DNA from: a virus
Reading direction: 5' to 3' (one strand)
Length of the DNA stretch: 36,193 bases
UHGV virus genome: UHGV-0315046
A model generated the notes under the pieces. The model was not told where the DNA came from. It was given only the letters and a program-made list of their open reading frames with translations, and did not search any database. Each line of letters starts with the position of its first letter. The stretch's first letter is position 1. Positions 21,716-30,386 of this stretch are shown here, piece by piece. The position numbers and the translations under genes are program-made.

Positions 21716-22215
21716 TGCTGCCCCCACAAACAGACTTCACGCTCAATCTCACGGCGAGTCATCAGCCCTTTCCATTGCTTACCGCCAGCGTATGTCCAGC
21801 GACGTAGCTGGTCACATGCGCCATTGATATCGCCCTGGTTGATTTTGCGAAGAAGCGTCGATGTTCTGAAATTGCCTGCGCCCACGTTATAGACGAACGA
21901 ATAAAGAGCGCCGCGCGTTGTTTCCGGTATATCGACTTTGATGTACGGGTTAATTTGTCTGGCTACCGTGGCAAGGTCTTTATTCAGGAGGGCTTTGCAT
22001 TCTGCTTCGGTATACGTTTTACCGGGAATGATGTCTTTTCCTGTATGCCCGTGACATACAGTCCATACGCCAACGATATCTTTGTATGGTATGTAGCTGA
22101 CACCTTCCAGACCATCGTTACCACTTGGCCCAGTGATTAACACAGATGCTATAGCAATAGCCCCGCCACTTATCGCCGCTATTACGCTATTTCGTAGTGC
22201 CGGTGACATTGCCAT
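21712..22215 (-). CDS. SAR endolysin (T4-lysozyme-like muramidase with N-terminal signal-anchor-release domain)
   Basis: N-terminal weakly hydrophobic Gly/Ala-rich helix ([15 protein letters not shown]) followed by an E...C/D...T catalytic spacing typical of phage 21/P1-type lysozymes. Confidence 0.8.
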   Translation of the reverse strand: MAMSPALRNSVIAAISGGAIAIASVLITGPSGNDGLEGVSYIPYKDIVGVWTVCHGHTGKDIIPGKTYTEAECKALLNKDLATVARQINPYIKVDIPETTRGALYSFVYNVGAGNFRTSTLLRKINQGDINGACDQLRRWTYAGGKQWKGLMTRREIEREVCLWGQQ

Positions 22216-22390
22216 TCAATCTGTCCTCGCGCTCTTTGCGCTTGTAGTACCAGTTGATGCCAAATGTGCCGACAGTACAAAGAATACCAATGATGACAGC
22301 CCAGTCATTCAGGGAGAGAATGCCACCCATCGCAGTCAGTCCTCCGAAGCTGTAACTGAACCATTCTCTGATTTTGTCCATACGGTACAT
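22187..22390 (-). CDS. Class II holin (pinholin-like) with dual-start motif
   Basis: 67 aa, two predicted TM helices, charged C-terminus; N-terminal M-Y-R-M gives two possible starts; overlaps the endolysin start. Confidence 0.75.
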   Translation of the reverse strand: MYRMDKIREWFSYSFGGLTAMGGILSLNDWAVIIGILCTVGTFGINWYYKRKEREDRLNGNVTGTTK

Positions 22391-22793
22391 GCTCTACCCC
22401 TTCATTGAGGGGATTTGCTCTATTTAATTAGGAATAAGGTCGATTACTGATAGAACAAATCCAGGCTACTGTGTTTAGTAATCAGATTTGTTCGTGACCG
22501 ATATGCACGGGCAAAACGGCAGGAGGTTGTTAGCGCAGCCTCTTGCCATCCGCTTTCACGAAGGTCATGTGTAGAAGGCCGCAGCGTAACTATTACTAAT
22601 GAATTCAGAACAGACAGTGGCTACGGCTCAGTTTGGGTTGTGCTGTTGCTGGGCGGCGATGACGCCTGTACGCATTTGGTGATCCGGTTCTGCTTCCGGT
22701 ATTCGCTTAATTCAGCACAACGGAAAGAGCACTGGCTAACCAGGCTCGCCGACTCTTCACGATTATCGACTCAATGCTCTTACCTGTTGTGCA

Positions 22794-22857
22794 GATATAA
22801 AAAATCCCGAAACCGTTATGCAGGCTCTAACTATTACCTGCGAACTGTTTCGGGATT
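22794..22857 (-). terminator. tR-prime-like intrinsic terminator ending a 6S-like late leader RNA
   Basis: Minus-strand hairpin CCCGAAAC...GTTTCGGG followed by a U-run, about 190 nt downstream of the putative PR-prime start; region matches lambda 6S/tR-prime as recalled. Confidence 0.65.
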
Positions 22858-22989
22858 GCATTTTGCAGACCTCTCTGCCTGCGATGGTTGGAGTTCCAGA
22901 CGATACGTCGAAGTGACCAACTAGGCGGAATCGGTAGTAAGCGCCGCCTCTTTTCATCTCACTACCACAACGAGCGAATTAACCCATCG

Positions 22990-23030
22990 TTGAGTCAAAT
23001 TTACCCAATTTTATTCAATAAGTCAATATC
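22990..23030 (-). promoter_or_regulatory. Late promoter PR-prime with overlapping Q-utilisation (qut) region
   Basis: Minus-strand -35 TTGACT (23021-23026) and -10 TAAATT (22998-23003) with 17-bp spacing, just downstream of Q. Confidence 0.65.
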
Positions 23031-23068
23031 ATGCCGTTAATATGTTGCCATCCGTGGCAATCATGCTG

Positions 23069-23692
23069 CTAACGTGTGACCGCATTCAAAATGTTGTCTG
23101 CGATTGACTCTTCTTTGTGGCATTGCACCACCAGAGCGTCATACAGCGGCTTAACAGTGCGTGACCAGGTGGGTTGGGTAAGGTTTGGGATTAGCATCGT
23201 CACAGCGCGATATGCTGCGCTTGCTGGCATCCTTGAATAGCCGACGCCTTTGCATCTTCCGCACTCTTTCTCGACAACTCTCCCCCACAGCTCTGTTTTG
23301 GCAATATCAACCGCACGGCCTGTACCGTGGCAATCTCTGCATCTTGCCCCCGGCGTCGCGGCACTACGGCAATAATCCGCATAAGCGAATGTTGCGAGCA
23401 CTTGCAGTACCTTTGCCTTAGTATTTCCTTCAAGCTTTGCCACACCACGGTATTTCCCCGATACCTTGTGTGCAAATTGCATCAGATAGTTGATAGCCTT
23501 TTGTTTGTCGTTCTGGCTGAGTTCGTGCTTACCGCAGAATGCAGCCATACCGAATCCGGCTTGTGATTGCGCCATCCCCATAGCAGCCATCACATCAGTA
23601 CCGGAAAGAGAGTCAGAAGCCGTGGCCCGTGGTGAGTCGCTCATCATCGGGCTTTTTGGCGAATGAAATTTAGCTACGCTTTCGAGTCTCAT
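23069..23692 (-). CDS. Q: Late antiterminator Q (lambda type)
   Basis: 207 aa; appears essentially identical to lambda Q as recalled (MRLESVAKFHSPKSPMMSDSPRATASDSLSGTDVMAAMGMAQSQAGFGMAAFCGKHE...). Confidence 0.9.
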   Translation of the reverse strand: MRLESVAKFHSPKSPMMSDSPRATASDSLSGTDVMAAMGMAQSQAGFGMAAFCGKHELSQNDKQKAINYLMQFAHKVSGKYRGVAKLEGNTKAKVLQVLATFAYADYCRSAATPGARCRDCHGTGRAVDIAKTELWGRVVEKECGRCKGVGYSRMPASAAYRAVTMLIPNLTQPTWSRTVKPLYDALVVQCHKEESIADNILNAVTR

Positions 23693-23877
23693 GGCCTTCC
23701 CCTTTTTCCCTGTTTGACCATCAGGACGCCGTTAACTATTACGTGACGCTCGACTTTACTGTCTCGGTTGTACTTGAGCACTGTTCCTCTTGCGCAGGAA
23801 AGCATCCTTGCCACTTCGGTCTGATTGCCTCGTGTCTGGATAAGAAGCTCTGGTATCGTTTGAATTGTGGCGTTCAT
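23689..23877 (-). CDS. ninH: NinH-like small DNA-binding protein
   Basis: 62 aa; motif GNQTEVARMLSCARGTVLKY...IVNGVLMV resembles lambda NinH; sits immediately upstream of Q. Confidence 0.65.
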   Translation of the reverse strand: MNATIQTIPELLIQTRGNQTEVARMLSCARGTVLKYNRDSKVERHVIVNGVLMVKQGKRGRP

Positions 23878-24236
23878 GCGTTCTCCAGTTCGGTGATTTT
23901 TATTCCAAGCCTTCCGCCTGGTACTTTCACGCCACGAATTACGCGAATGTCATCGAATTGCTCGTCGTCTTCCGCAAATCCGGCGTGGATAAGGGAGTCG
24001 AGTAAACCTTTCAGGATGTTATCGAGGTCGCGGCGGCGGGAGTCTGGAACGTCTGCGATGACTTTGATGCGGAGTCGTGATTTGGTGAAAATGTCTAACT
24101 TGAGTTGGCGGATGATTTGCTGAACGTCTTTTCGGTATTTCTGGCCTTTATCGCTGATGTAGTATTGACTCCCCCGTCTTCGCCAGTAGGTATTCACCGA
24201 CGGCGGGTATGGAAGCACAAACTGATATTCGTTCAT
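23874..24236 (-). CDS. rusA: RusA-family Holliday junction resolvase
   Basis: 120 aa; motifs PPSVNTYW, DVPDSRRRDLDN and GGRLGIKITELE match the RusA family. Confidence 0.85.
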   Translation of the reverse strand: MNEYQFVLPYPPSVNTYWRRRGSQYYISDKGQKYRKDVQQIIRQLKLDIFTKSRLRIKVIADVPDSRRRDLDNILKGLLDSLIHAGFAEDDEQFDDIRVIRGVKVPGGRLGIKITELENA

Positions 24237-24523
24237 GGCTTAATCTTCCCCTCCTTCAGCAGTATCGCCTGCGTCCTGATCACGCCTTCGAGGTGGTAAA
24301 GTCTGGCGTCTTTGTTGTCGAGAATCATTGTGCGTCGGTCGATTTCATCGTGACACGCGCTACAAGCCCATGCGCCGATCAGGTCGTCAGGCTTCATTCC
24401 AGTTCCGCAAATTCCAGCCATCCGGTAATGTGCCAGAACTGTAGTTTCAGGATTACCATTGCATACGCCGTAAATACGTACCTGGCATTCTCTGCCGCGC
24501 GCTTCTTTGCGTAGATTAGCCAT
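24233..24523 (-). CDS. ybcO: YbcO-like (DUF1364) putative nuclease
   Basis: 96 aa, several conserved Cys/His (CQVRIYGVC...HY...C...CSACHDEID); same size and RusA-adjacent position as DLP12 YbcO. Confidence 0.55.
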   Translation of the reverse strand: MANLRKEARGRECQVRIYGVCNGNPETTVLAHYRMAGICGTGMKPDDLIGAWACSACHDEIDRRTMILDNKDARLYHLEGVIRTQAILLKEGKIKP

Positions 24524-24728
24524 TTACCTTCCCTCGCAATTGAAGAATTGACTGAAGGTCTTTTTTAATAAATATGCGAGTGCGGATTGAGCAGTAGTTT
24601 TCCTTCATTCTGGCGTAGTAATAGTCCTTTCGTTGTTTAAGCTTGTTGGCATCCGCTGTCATCCAGTCTTTTACAGCAAACTTAATTAACCAGCGGTGGC
24701 AGAGATACCATTTCAGGTAATCACTCAT
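24516..24728 (-). CDS. Hypothetical nin-region protein
   Basis: 70-aa basic ORF overlapping neighbours by a few nt on both sides; family not recognised. Confidence 0.45.
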   Translation of the reverse strand: MSDYLKWYLCHRWLIKFAVKDWMTADANKLKQRKDYYYARMKENYCSIRTRIFIKKDLQSILQLRGKVNG

Positions 24729-24897
24729 CGTCTTCTTCCTCGTACATTGAGCTATTCGGATCGCTCATCAGTTCTGCGCAGCAATCTGAGCACACGTGAA
24801 CTTCCAGCACATGCAGCTTCTGACCGCAGTTAGCGCACGTTAAAGCCCGCTCGACGCTTTCTTTCTGGTATTGAATGGATTGGGATGGGCTAAGCAT
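24721..24897 (-). CDS. Small zinc-ribbon ORF (NinD-like by position), absent from the supplied ORF track because under 60 aa
   Basis: Hand-translated 58 aa: MLSPSQSIQYQKESVERALTCANCGQKLHVLEVHVCSDCCAELMSDPNSSMYEEEDDE; CxxC...CxxCC motif; start 2 nt after the upstream stop, stop overlaps the next gene start. Confidence 0.4.
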   Translation of the reverse strand: MLSPSQSIQYQKESVERALTCANCGQKLHVLEVHVCSDCCAELMSDPNSSMYEEEDDE

Positions 24898-25249
24898 TAT
24901 TGGCGTCCTGCATCATGAGAAAGACAATCATGGCAGCGCGGAGTGGGTTTTCATCTTGAGTCATATGATATGGGGTACTATCACTGCCAACTTTTCTATG
25001 CGCTGCCTTCCATAATCCATTTTCTGGCGCTGGAATAATGCCAATTCTGTTCTCTACGATAATCGGCTCTGCGTCTGATGGGCTTTTACAGTAATCAACC
25101 GTTTTTATTGCATAACCAGTTTCGTCATCCCACTCAACACCAACGATTGATGTTCCCAACTTTGCGATTTCGCAATCTTCGGGAGCAAATCCACAGCAAA
25201 TTGCCACTCGCTTGTTAATTTCAAAATCACTTAACTGTGAATAATCCAT
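24890..25249 (-). CDS. Hypothetical nin-region protein
   Basis: Start refined to MDYSQLSDFEINKR with GAGGAA 7 nt upstream; 119 aa; family not recognised. Confidence 0.5.
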   Translation of the reverse strand: MDYSQLSDFEINKRVAICCGFAPEDCEIAKLGTSIVGVEWDDETGYAIKTVDYCKSPSDAEPIIVENRIGIIPAPENGLWKAAHRKVGSDSTPYHMTQDENPLRAAMIVFLMMQDANNA

Positions 25250-25424
25250 TGTCATTTCCTCGCACGATGTCTTAGCCACCGGATATCCCACAGGTGAGCC
25301 GTGTAGTTGAAGGTTTTTACGTCAGATTCTTTTGGGATTGGCTTGCGTTTATTTCTGGAGCGTTTCGTTGGAAGGTATTTGCAGTTTTCGCAGATGATGT
25401 CGGTGAAACTTCGTCGCTGTCGTC

Positions 25425-25952
25425 TCATGCCGCCCTCCTGACGCCCTGCCCGATCGCCATCAATGCCGCTTTGGATACGGTAGTAAACATCCGTCTAGGA
25501 CTGATGAACGGTCGCCAAATCAGCAGCATTGAGCCTTTACTGTTTCCCTTCTTCTCCAGCCCCGTCGATGGTTCGATAAAATTAATCCGTCCATCAGTGA
25601 TAATACGAACTTCGTCAACACTCTCCAGAGCCTTGCTGAACCATCCGACAGACATATCCTCTGGCACAAGCATCACTACCGTCTGGCGCTGTTGTATGCA
25701 CTGCTCAGCGGCTTTTTCCACCCACGGCCTGATATTGCTGTACGGTGGGTTATTCCAGATTGCACCGTGGCTTATCCACTCAGAATTTAGCGCGTCGTCA
25801 GCCTCAGTTAGCCAGTGAGCGCACAGAGCATTTTTGTCGCTCGCTGCCGAATCCAGCCAGAATCCAAACTCAATATCCAGTGCATCAAAAAGCCAAAGCG
25901 GCGTTTGCCAGCAGTCCTTGTCGTGTGCTGGCGTATTTGATTTGATAGTCAT
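25425..25952 (-). CDS. Orphan phage Dam-type DNA N6-adenine methyltransferase
   Basis: Start refined to [22 protein letters not shown]-coupled to the ninB stop. Catalytic NPPY motif ([14 protein letters not shown]); no adjacent restriction endonuclease gene. Confidence 0.8.
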   Translation of the reverse strand: MTIKSNTPAHDKDCWQTPLWLFDALDIEFGFWLDSAASDKNALCAHWLTEADDALNSEWISHGAIWNNPPYSNIRPWVEKAAEQCIQQRQTVVMLVPEDMSVGWFSKALESVDEVRIITDGRINFIEPSTGLEKKGNSKGSMLLIWRPFISPRRMFTTVSKAALMAIGQGVRRAA

Positions 25953-26389
25953 GCAGCCCGATCTCCCCATCGCGCTTTCCATTCGAGAGCCAGTCGCGCT
26001 TCGTCTGACCACTTAACGCCACGATCTGTACCGAATGCCTGTATAAGCTCTAATAGCTCCGCAAATTCGCCTACACGCATCCTGCTGGTTGACTGGCCTA
26101 TTACCACAAAGCCATTCCCGGCAAGGTTAGGAACAACATCCTGCTGCTTTAATGCTGCGGTAAACACACACTTCCAGCTTTCTGCATCCAGCCAGCGACC
26201 ATGCCATTCAACCTGACGAGAGACGTCACCTAAGCAGGCCCATAGCTTCCTGTTTTGGTCTAAGCTGCGGTTGCGCTCCTGAATGATCACTACGATTGGC
26301 TTGGTTGGGTCTGGAAGAATTTGCTGCACCGCGTGAATAGCGTTTTGCTGATGTGCTGGGGATCGAATTTCAAAGGTTAGTTTTTTCAT
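25949..26389 (-). CDS. ninB: NinB recombination protein
   Basis: Start at MKKLTFEIRSPAHQQNAIHAVQQILPDPTKPIVV...; appears near-identical to lambda NinB (146 aa) as recalled. Confidence 0.85.
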   Translation of the reverse strand: MKKLTFEIRSPAHQQNAIHAVQQILPDPTKPIVVIIQERNRSLDQNRKLWACLGDVSRQVEWHGRWLDAESWKCVFTAALKQQDVVPNLAGNGFVVIGQSTSRMRVGEFAELLELIQAFGTDRGVKWSDEARLALEWKARWGDRAA

Positions 26390-26465
26390 GACTTCCCTCT
26401 CCCCCAAATAAAAAGGCCTGCGATTACCAGCAGGCCTGTTATTATCTCAGTGATGTAGACGGTCA

Positions 26466-27902
26466 TCAGAATCCTCCTTTCTTCTTGGACTGCGGTTCCT
26501 CGCGTTCACGTCGGCGCATTTCAGCAGACTGTTGGTCTGTGTCATAAATAGCGCCATTTGCCTGAATGCAATACACCGTGCCGGTATTGCCATGACGATT
26601 GAGACGAAGGATTAGTTCGGTTTCACCAGGAGGAACGCTGTCATCAAAAGCACCTTCACGATGGATCCCGACCCAATAATCGCAATCCTGTTCAATCTGC
26701 CCTGTATCTCGCGAGTCACTTGGTAATGGGCGTTTATTGGTTCGGCTTTCCAATGCGCGGTTAAGCTGTGTCAGAAGCACAACAACGCAATCAAGCTCTT
26801 TGGCAAGGTTCTTCAGTCCTTTGGTGATCATGCCGTAAGCAAGGTCGTTGCGATCGGCCTTCTCAGCGGTCATTAGTGTCAGGTAATCGACCAGAATCAT
26901 GCCAACACATCCTTTTTCTCGCTTGATTCGACGGCTTTCGCTAACGATTTGAGCCAGAGATAATCCCGGCGTGTCGTCGATGTAAAGCAGGTCGATTTCA
27001 CTCAAACGATTAGCTGTTTCGATCGCCCTGTTGAAGTCACCATCGTAATCACCCTGATAGCCGTCATCAGCGTCACTTGTCGCCGGAAGGTAAAAAATAT
27101 TCGGGTTAACACCTGACTTCTGTCCCACCAGTTTTTCCAGTATCTGATCACCTGGCATTTCAAGGCTGAACATCAGAGCGGGCTTTTTCTCATGCACTGC
27201 GCAATTGATTGCCATCTGGCTGTATAGCGTCGTTTTCCCCATCTTAGGGCGAGCGCCAATGACAAACAGAGAGCCTTTCACCAGACCTTTCGGTGACAGC
27301 ATCCTGTCCAGCGATGGGATCCCTGTGCTCATTCCTCGTTGTTCGCCTGACGGGTCAAATCGCTTCTCAAGGTCGCTAACCCAGTCTTCCATGACCTCAC
27401 CAAATGAGCGAAGGCCGCGACGCGATCCGGTTTTTGCATGGTCTGTCAGTTGCGTGAAAATCGCCTGAATAGCTTCGTACTTCTGCGTCGCAGTCATTCC
27501 GTTGCGGGAATAGAGCAATTCCGTCGCTTCAGTCATGCGGTTGATGGCGTAGCGTTCCATTGCGGTTTCGCGAACCTGCATTGCATAGGCAACGATGTTT
27601 GCGGCGCTTGGCGTGTTCTTTGCGATCTCAGCGATATAAGCAAAACCGCCAACAGACGCCGTTAACGATTTACGCTCCAGTTCATCGAAAAGCGTCAGGC
27701 CATCTACTGGCTTTTGCTCCCGGTGCATTCTGGTTATTTCTTCGAAAATGATTTTGTGTGGTCGGCTGTAAAATGAATCAGGCTTCAGCATCGCCAGAAC
27801 TTTCTGGACGCGCTCACTGCTGTCATCATCCAGAAGCAATCCACCAATCACCGCCTGCTCTGCCTCGATGCTATGGGGCGGCGCATAAAAATTATCGGTC
27901 AT
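26466..27902 (-). CDS. Replicative DNA helicase (DnaB family; P22 gene 12 analogue)
   Basis: Start refined to MTDNFYAPPHSIEAEQAVIGGLL (DnaB N-terminal signature); Walker A GARPKMGKTT; 478 aa. Confidence 0.9.
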   Translation of the reverse strand: MTDNFYAPPHSIEAEQAVIGGLLLDDDSSERVQKVLAMLKPDSFYSRPHKIIFEEITRMHREQKPVDGLTLFDELERKSLTASVGGFAYIAEIAKNTPSAANIVAYAMQVRETAMERYAINRMTEATELLYSRNGMTATQKYEAIQAIFTQLTDHAKTGSRRGLRSFGEVMEDWVSDLEKRFDPSGEQRGMSTGIPSLDRMLSPKGLVKGSLFVIGARPKMGKTTLYSQMAINCAVHEKKPALMFSLEMPGDQILEKLVGQKSGVNPNIFYLPATSDADDGYQGDYDGDFNRAIETANRLSEIDLLYIDDTPGLSLAQIVSESRRIKREKGCVGMILVDYLTLMTAEKADRNDLAYGMITKGLKNLAKELDCVVVLLTQLNRALESRTNKRPLPSDSRDTGQIEQDCDYWVGIHREGAFDDSVPPGETELILRLNRHGNTGTVYCIQANGAIYDTDQQSAEMRRREREEPQSKKKGGF

Positions 27903-28782
27903 CGTGTTCACCCTCACGAACTTTCAGGTAGGTATTATCGTTAAGCAGGAAATCAAATCCCTTTTTGTGCCAGACGGTTCCGCGCTGATGGTTTGGGCGC
28001 TCTTCGAACATCCATCGGCAATTTTCGCCTACGTAGCTCAAATAATTTCTCCAGTCCTGCATCGTGAAGCCATGCCCGTCAAGCTGGCGGGTTATCACTC
28101 CGGCTTTGCGCCAGAACGTTCGGATCTGGTTTTTACGCTTGTCATTCAGTGCGCGGATTCTTGGCGCTTCAGGAAGGATTTCGTGGTAAGCATCGACAAC
28201 ATCCTGACAGCTAACGGAAGGTTTTTTCTTGTCAGACTTTTTGTCTGCTGCGGTACTCTCTAATACGTCAGTATTAGAGATATTATTTATATTATTGTTT
28301 ATGGACAACCGTTGGACAACCGTTGGACAATCTCCGCTGAGAGCCGCGCCATTACTGGTGTTTGCGTTGGACAACCGTTGGACAACCGTTGGACAATTTT
28401 TTGCCTGAAAATCGTCATATTTAACGATTGTAAACAGGCTAAATTTCTTCCCCATCGAGCAAATATTAAGCATCCCTTTCGACTCAAAAGTCCGCAATAA
28501 GCTCCGAACTTTGTTGTCGGGGATGAATGTTTCTCTGACCAGAGACGGGCGTCCAGTTATCATCTGACCGCGATCAACAGTTATCGGCCCGATATCCGTA
28601 TTGACGACAGTAGATTCGTGATTAGCCTTGAGGATTAAGTGAAGCCAAAGATGTACTGCCTGAGAGTCCTTATAGAGCCTGCTGTCCATAAACTGGCGGT
28701 GTATAGAGACATACCCCATACTGGATGCCTCCTGATGTTGTACAGGGTTATGCCTGTAATCAGCTAACTTAACGACGCCCAT
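27892..28782 (-). CDS. Replication initiator (lambda O / P22 gene 18 analogue) containing the origin
   Basis: 296 aa; ori iterons lie inside the coding sequence (translated as CPTVVQRLS repeats followed by an Asn/Ile-rich stretch); directly upstream of the helicase. Start codon uncertain. Confidence 0.75.
   Translation of the reverse strand: MGVVKLADYRHNPVQHQEASSMGYVSIHRQFMDSRLYKDSQAVHLWLHLILKANHESTVVNTDIGPITVDRGQMITGRPSLVRETFIPDNKVRSLLRTFESKGMLNICSMGKKFSLFTIVKYDDFQAKNCPTVVQRLSNANTSNGAALSGDCPTVVQRLSINNNINNISNTDVLESTAADKKSDKKKPSVSCQDVVDAYHEILPEAPRIRALNDKRKNQIRTFWRKAGVITRQLDGHGFTMQDWRNYLSYVGENCRWMFEERPNHQRGTVWHKKGFDFLLNDNTYLKVREGEHDDR
28262..28400. repeat. Replication origin: two clusters of 11-bp iterons (CCGTTGGACAA, ~5.5 copies) plus flanking AT-rich stretch
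   Basis: Direct repeats at 28302-28330 and 28365-28396 separated by 34 bp; AT-rich tract 28262-28300 just downstream in the initiator reading direction. Confidence 0.7.
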
Positions 28783-28930
28783 GTTTCACTCCTGCTTTGG
28801 CTAGTCTGTAAACACCAACAAGGCGCTCTGCGAACGCCCTGTTATTTGCTGCGGCTACCACTAATCCCTCAGGTGAATCAGGGTGTCGAATCTCTTCTTT
28901 TTCCTGGTATTTCTTACGACGTTTTGTCAT
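28769..28930 (-). CDS. Small basic hypothetical protein between cII and the initiator
   Basis: Start refined to MTKRRKKYQEKEE... with AGGAG upstream; 53 aa; overlaps the initiator start. Confidence 0.35.
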   Translation of the reverse strand: MTKRRKKYQEKEEIRHPDSPEGLVVAAANNRAFAERLVGVYRLAKAGVKHGRR

Positions 28931-28964
28931 AATTACTCCTGTGGATTGATCCAGTCTTTCTACA

Positions 28965-29243
28965 TCAGGCCTCAAAACTGTTGCAGCAGTCTTGAGGCTT
29001 TTCTTTTGTCAGCACCTTGGCTACTTTCTTTGCCAGTTCCGCCAATTCCTCGTCTTCAACACCCCACTCCAGCACAGCCATAAGCATGGCCATCTTTGGG
29101 ATAAAACTGTCTTTCCATCGCGAAATTTGCGATTCATTAATCCCTAACGCGTCGGCAACCTTTCGCTGACCACGTACAGCAATTCGATTTAGGATGTTGC
29201 TTGTAATTGCATTCGCTTTCTTGCGAGTACTTGTAAGTTGCAT
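28965..29243 (-). CDS. cII: CII transcriptional activator
   Basis: Start refined to MQLTSTRKK...; core ESQISRWKDSFIPKMAMLMAVLEWGVEDEELAELAKKVAKVLT resembles lambda CII; the 121-aa track ORF is an in-frame upstream extension. Confidence 0.8.
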   Translation of the reverse strand: MQLTSTRKKANAITSNILNRIAVRGQRKVADALGINESQISRWKDSFIPKMAMLMAVLEWGVEDEELAELAKKVAKVLTKEKPQDCCNSFEA

Positions 29244-29278
29244 ATGTAAGTATTTCCTTAACAAATAAGAAGTTATGC

Positions 29279-29346
29279 GCATCAACTTATGCGCGTTGTA
29301 TTCCCGCATTTCGGCGGGAATGAGGACCATGACTGTTAAAGAGCGG
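29279..29346 (-). promoter_or_regulatory. nutR (boxA plus boxB hairpin)
   Basis: Minus strand boxA-like CGCTCTTTAAC followed by boxB hairpin TCCCGC-CGAAAT-GCGGGA, between cro and cII. Confidence 0.5.
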
Positions 29347-29351
29347 TGTTA

Positions 29352-29546
29352 CTATTTGTTTTTCTTGTTGCTTGGGAAAGGACGAACTTCCTCTCCAATC
29401 ACACTGCCATCAGGCTTTACCGTAACCATGATGTTACGGCCTGCCAGAATGGCCTTGCTGATAGCGCACTGGATTACACCAAAGTCACTGGCTGCTTTAG
29501 CCTGTCCATGGATTTTGGCGTAATCGGCAAGTGTCATTCGAATCAT
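29352..29546 (-). CDS. cro: Cro repressor (lambda type)
   Basis: Start refined to [10 protein letters not shown]... with GGAGAG upstream; C-terminal [17 protein letters not shown] resembles lambda Cro. Confidence 0.85.
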   Translation of the reverse strand: MIRMTLADYAKIHGQAKAASDFGVIQCAISKAILAGRNIMVTVKPDGSVIGEEVRPFPSNKKNK

Positions 29547-29552
29547 ATGCAC

Positions 29553-29652
29553 TCTCCGTTATTAACCATGAACAAAGAATACTACAGGTATTCAAAGCAA
29601 TCAATACTCAGGGTATTTTTAGTTTAAGTACCTTAGCTATTAGAATTAAGCT
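29553..29652. promoter_or_regulatory. OR operator / PR-PRM divergent promoter region
   Basis: Two clear 15-bp palindromic operators AATACTacaGGTATT (29578-29592) and AATACTcagGGTATT (29603-29617) between cro and cI; cI starts with almost no leader. Confidence 0.6.
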
Positions 29653-30369
29653 ATGGAAAATAAAAAATCACTGACGACAGAACAGCTCGAAGACGCTAAG
29701 CGGCTTAAGGCTTTGTATGAGTCAAAAAAGAAAGAATTGGGAATAACCCAATACTCAATCGCTGATGAACTGGGTATCACCCAAGGAGCGGTAGGGCATT
29801 ATCTTAATGGCAGAAACGCGCTAAACGTTGAGGTTGCATCTGGTTTTGCACGATTGTTGCAAGTCTCAATTGCTGATTTTAGCCAGTCAATTGCTGCCAA
29901 GGTTGCAGAACAGGCAGAAAGCCTTAAGAGCGATGCCAACGTAAGGTATGCAGGGGAATACAGAGCAGGAAAGAGGTATCCGGTGTTAAGCAGTATCCAG
30001 GCTGGCTCGTGGTGTGAAGCATGCGAACCATACACCATTAAAGACATAGATGTTTGGCTTGAGTCTGACGCGCATATTCAAGGTAATGCGTTCTGGCTTA
30101 AAGTGGAAGGTGATTCAATGACGGCACCGGTTGGGTTAAGCATTCCAGAGGGAACATTCGTTCTTTTCGATACCGGAAGGGAGGCGATCAACGGCAGCTT
30201 GGTCATAGCAAAACTTTCTGACTCTAACGAAGCAACATTCAAGAAGCTGATAATCGACGGCGGAAATAAATACCTCAAGGGACTTAATCCTGCATGGCCT
30301 CTCGTGCCAATCAATGGAAACTGCAAGATTATAGGCGTTGCAATTGAGACAAAACTAAGGCTGGTTTGA
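29653..30369 (+). CDS. cI: CI repressor (HTH N-terminal domain plus S24 LexA-like autocleavage domain)
   Basis: 238 aa; N-terminus LTTEQLEDAKRLKALYESKKKELGITQ resembles lambda CI; Ala-Gly cleavage site (SIQAGSW), catalytic Ser (EGDSMTAP) and Lys (FKKLI). Confidence 0.9.
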   Translation: MENKKSLTTEQLEDAKRLKALYESKKKELGITQYSIADELGITQGAVGHYLNGRNALNVEVASGFARLLQVSIADFSQSIAAKVAEQAESLKSDANVRYAGEYRAGKRYPVLSSIQAGSWCEACEPYTIKDIDVWLESDAHIQGNAFWLKVEGDSMTAPVGLSIPEGTFVLFDTGREAINGSLVIAKLSDSNEATFKKLIIDGGNKYLKGLNPAWPLVPINGNCKIIGVAIETKLRLV

Positions 30370-30386
30370 TCACGCAAGGGGCGATT

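Noticed and set aside
28300-28400. Possible CRISPR-like direct repeats
   Set aside because: Repeats are 11 bp, tandem with no spacers, and lie inside the initiator gene; these are origin iterons.
28965-29330. 121-aa track ORF as the cII boundaries
   Set aside because: The N-terminal 29 residues are an in-frame read-through of the nutR/cro-cII spacer; the CII-like sequence and a good RBS begin at the internal Met (29243).
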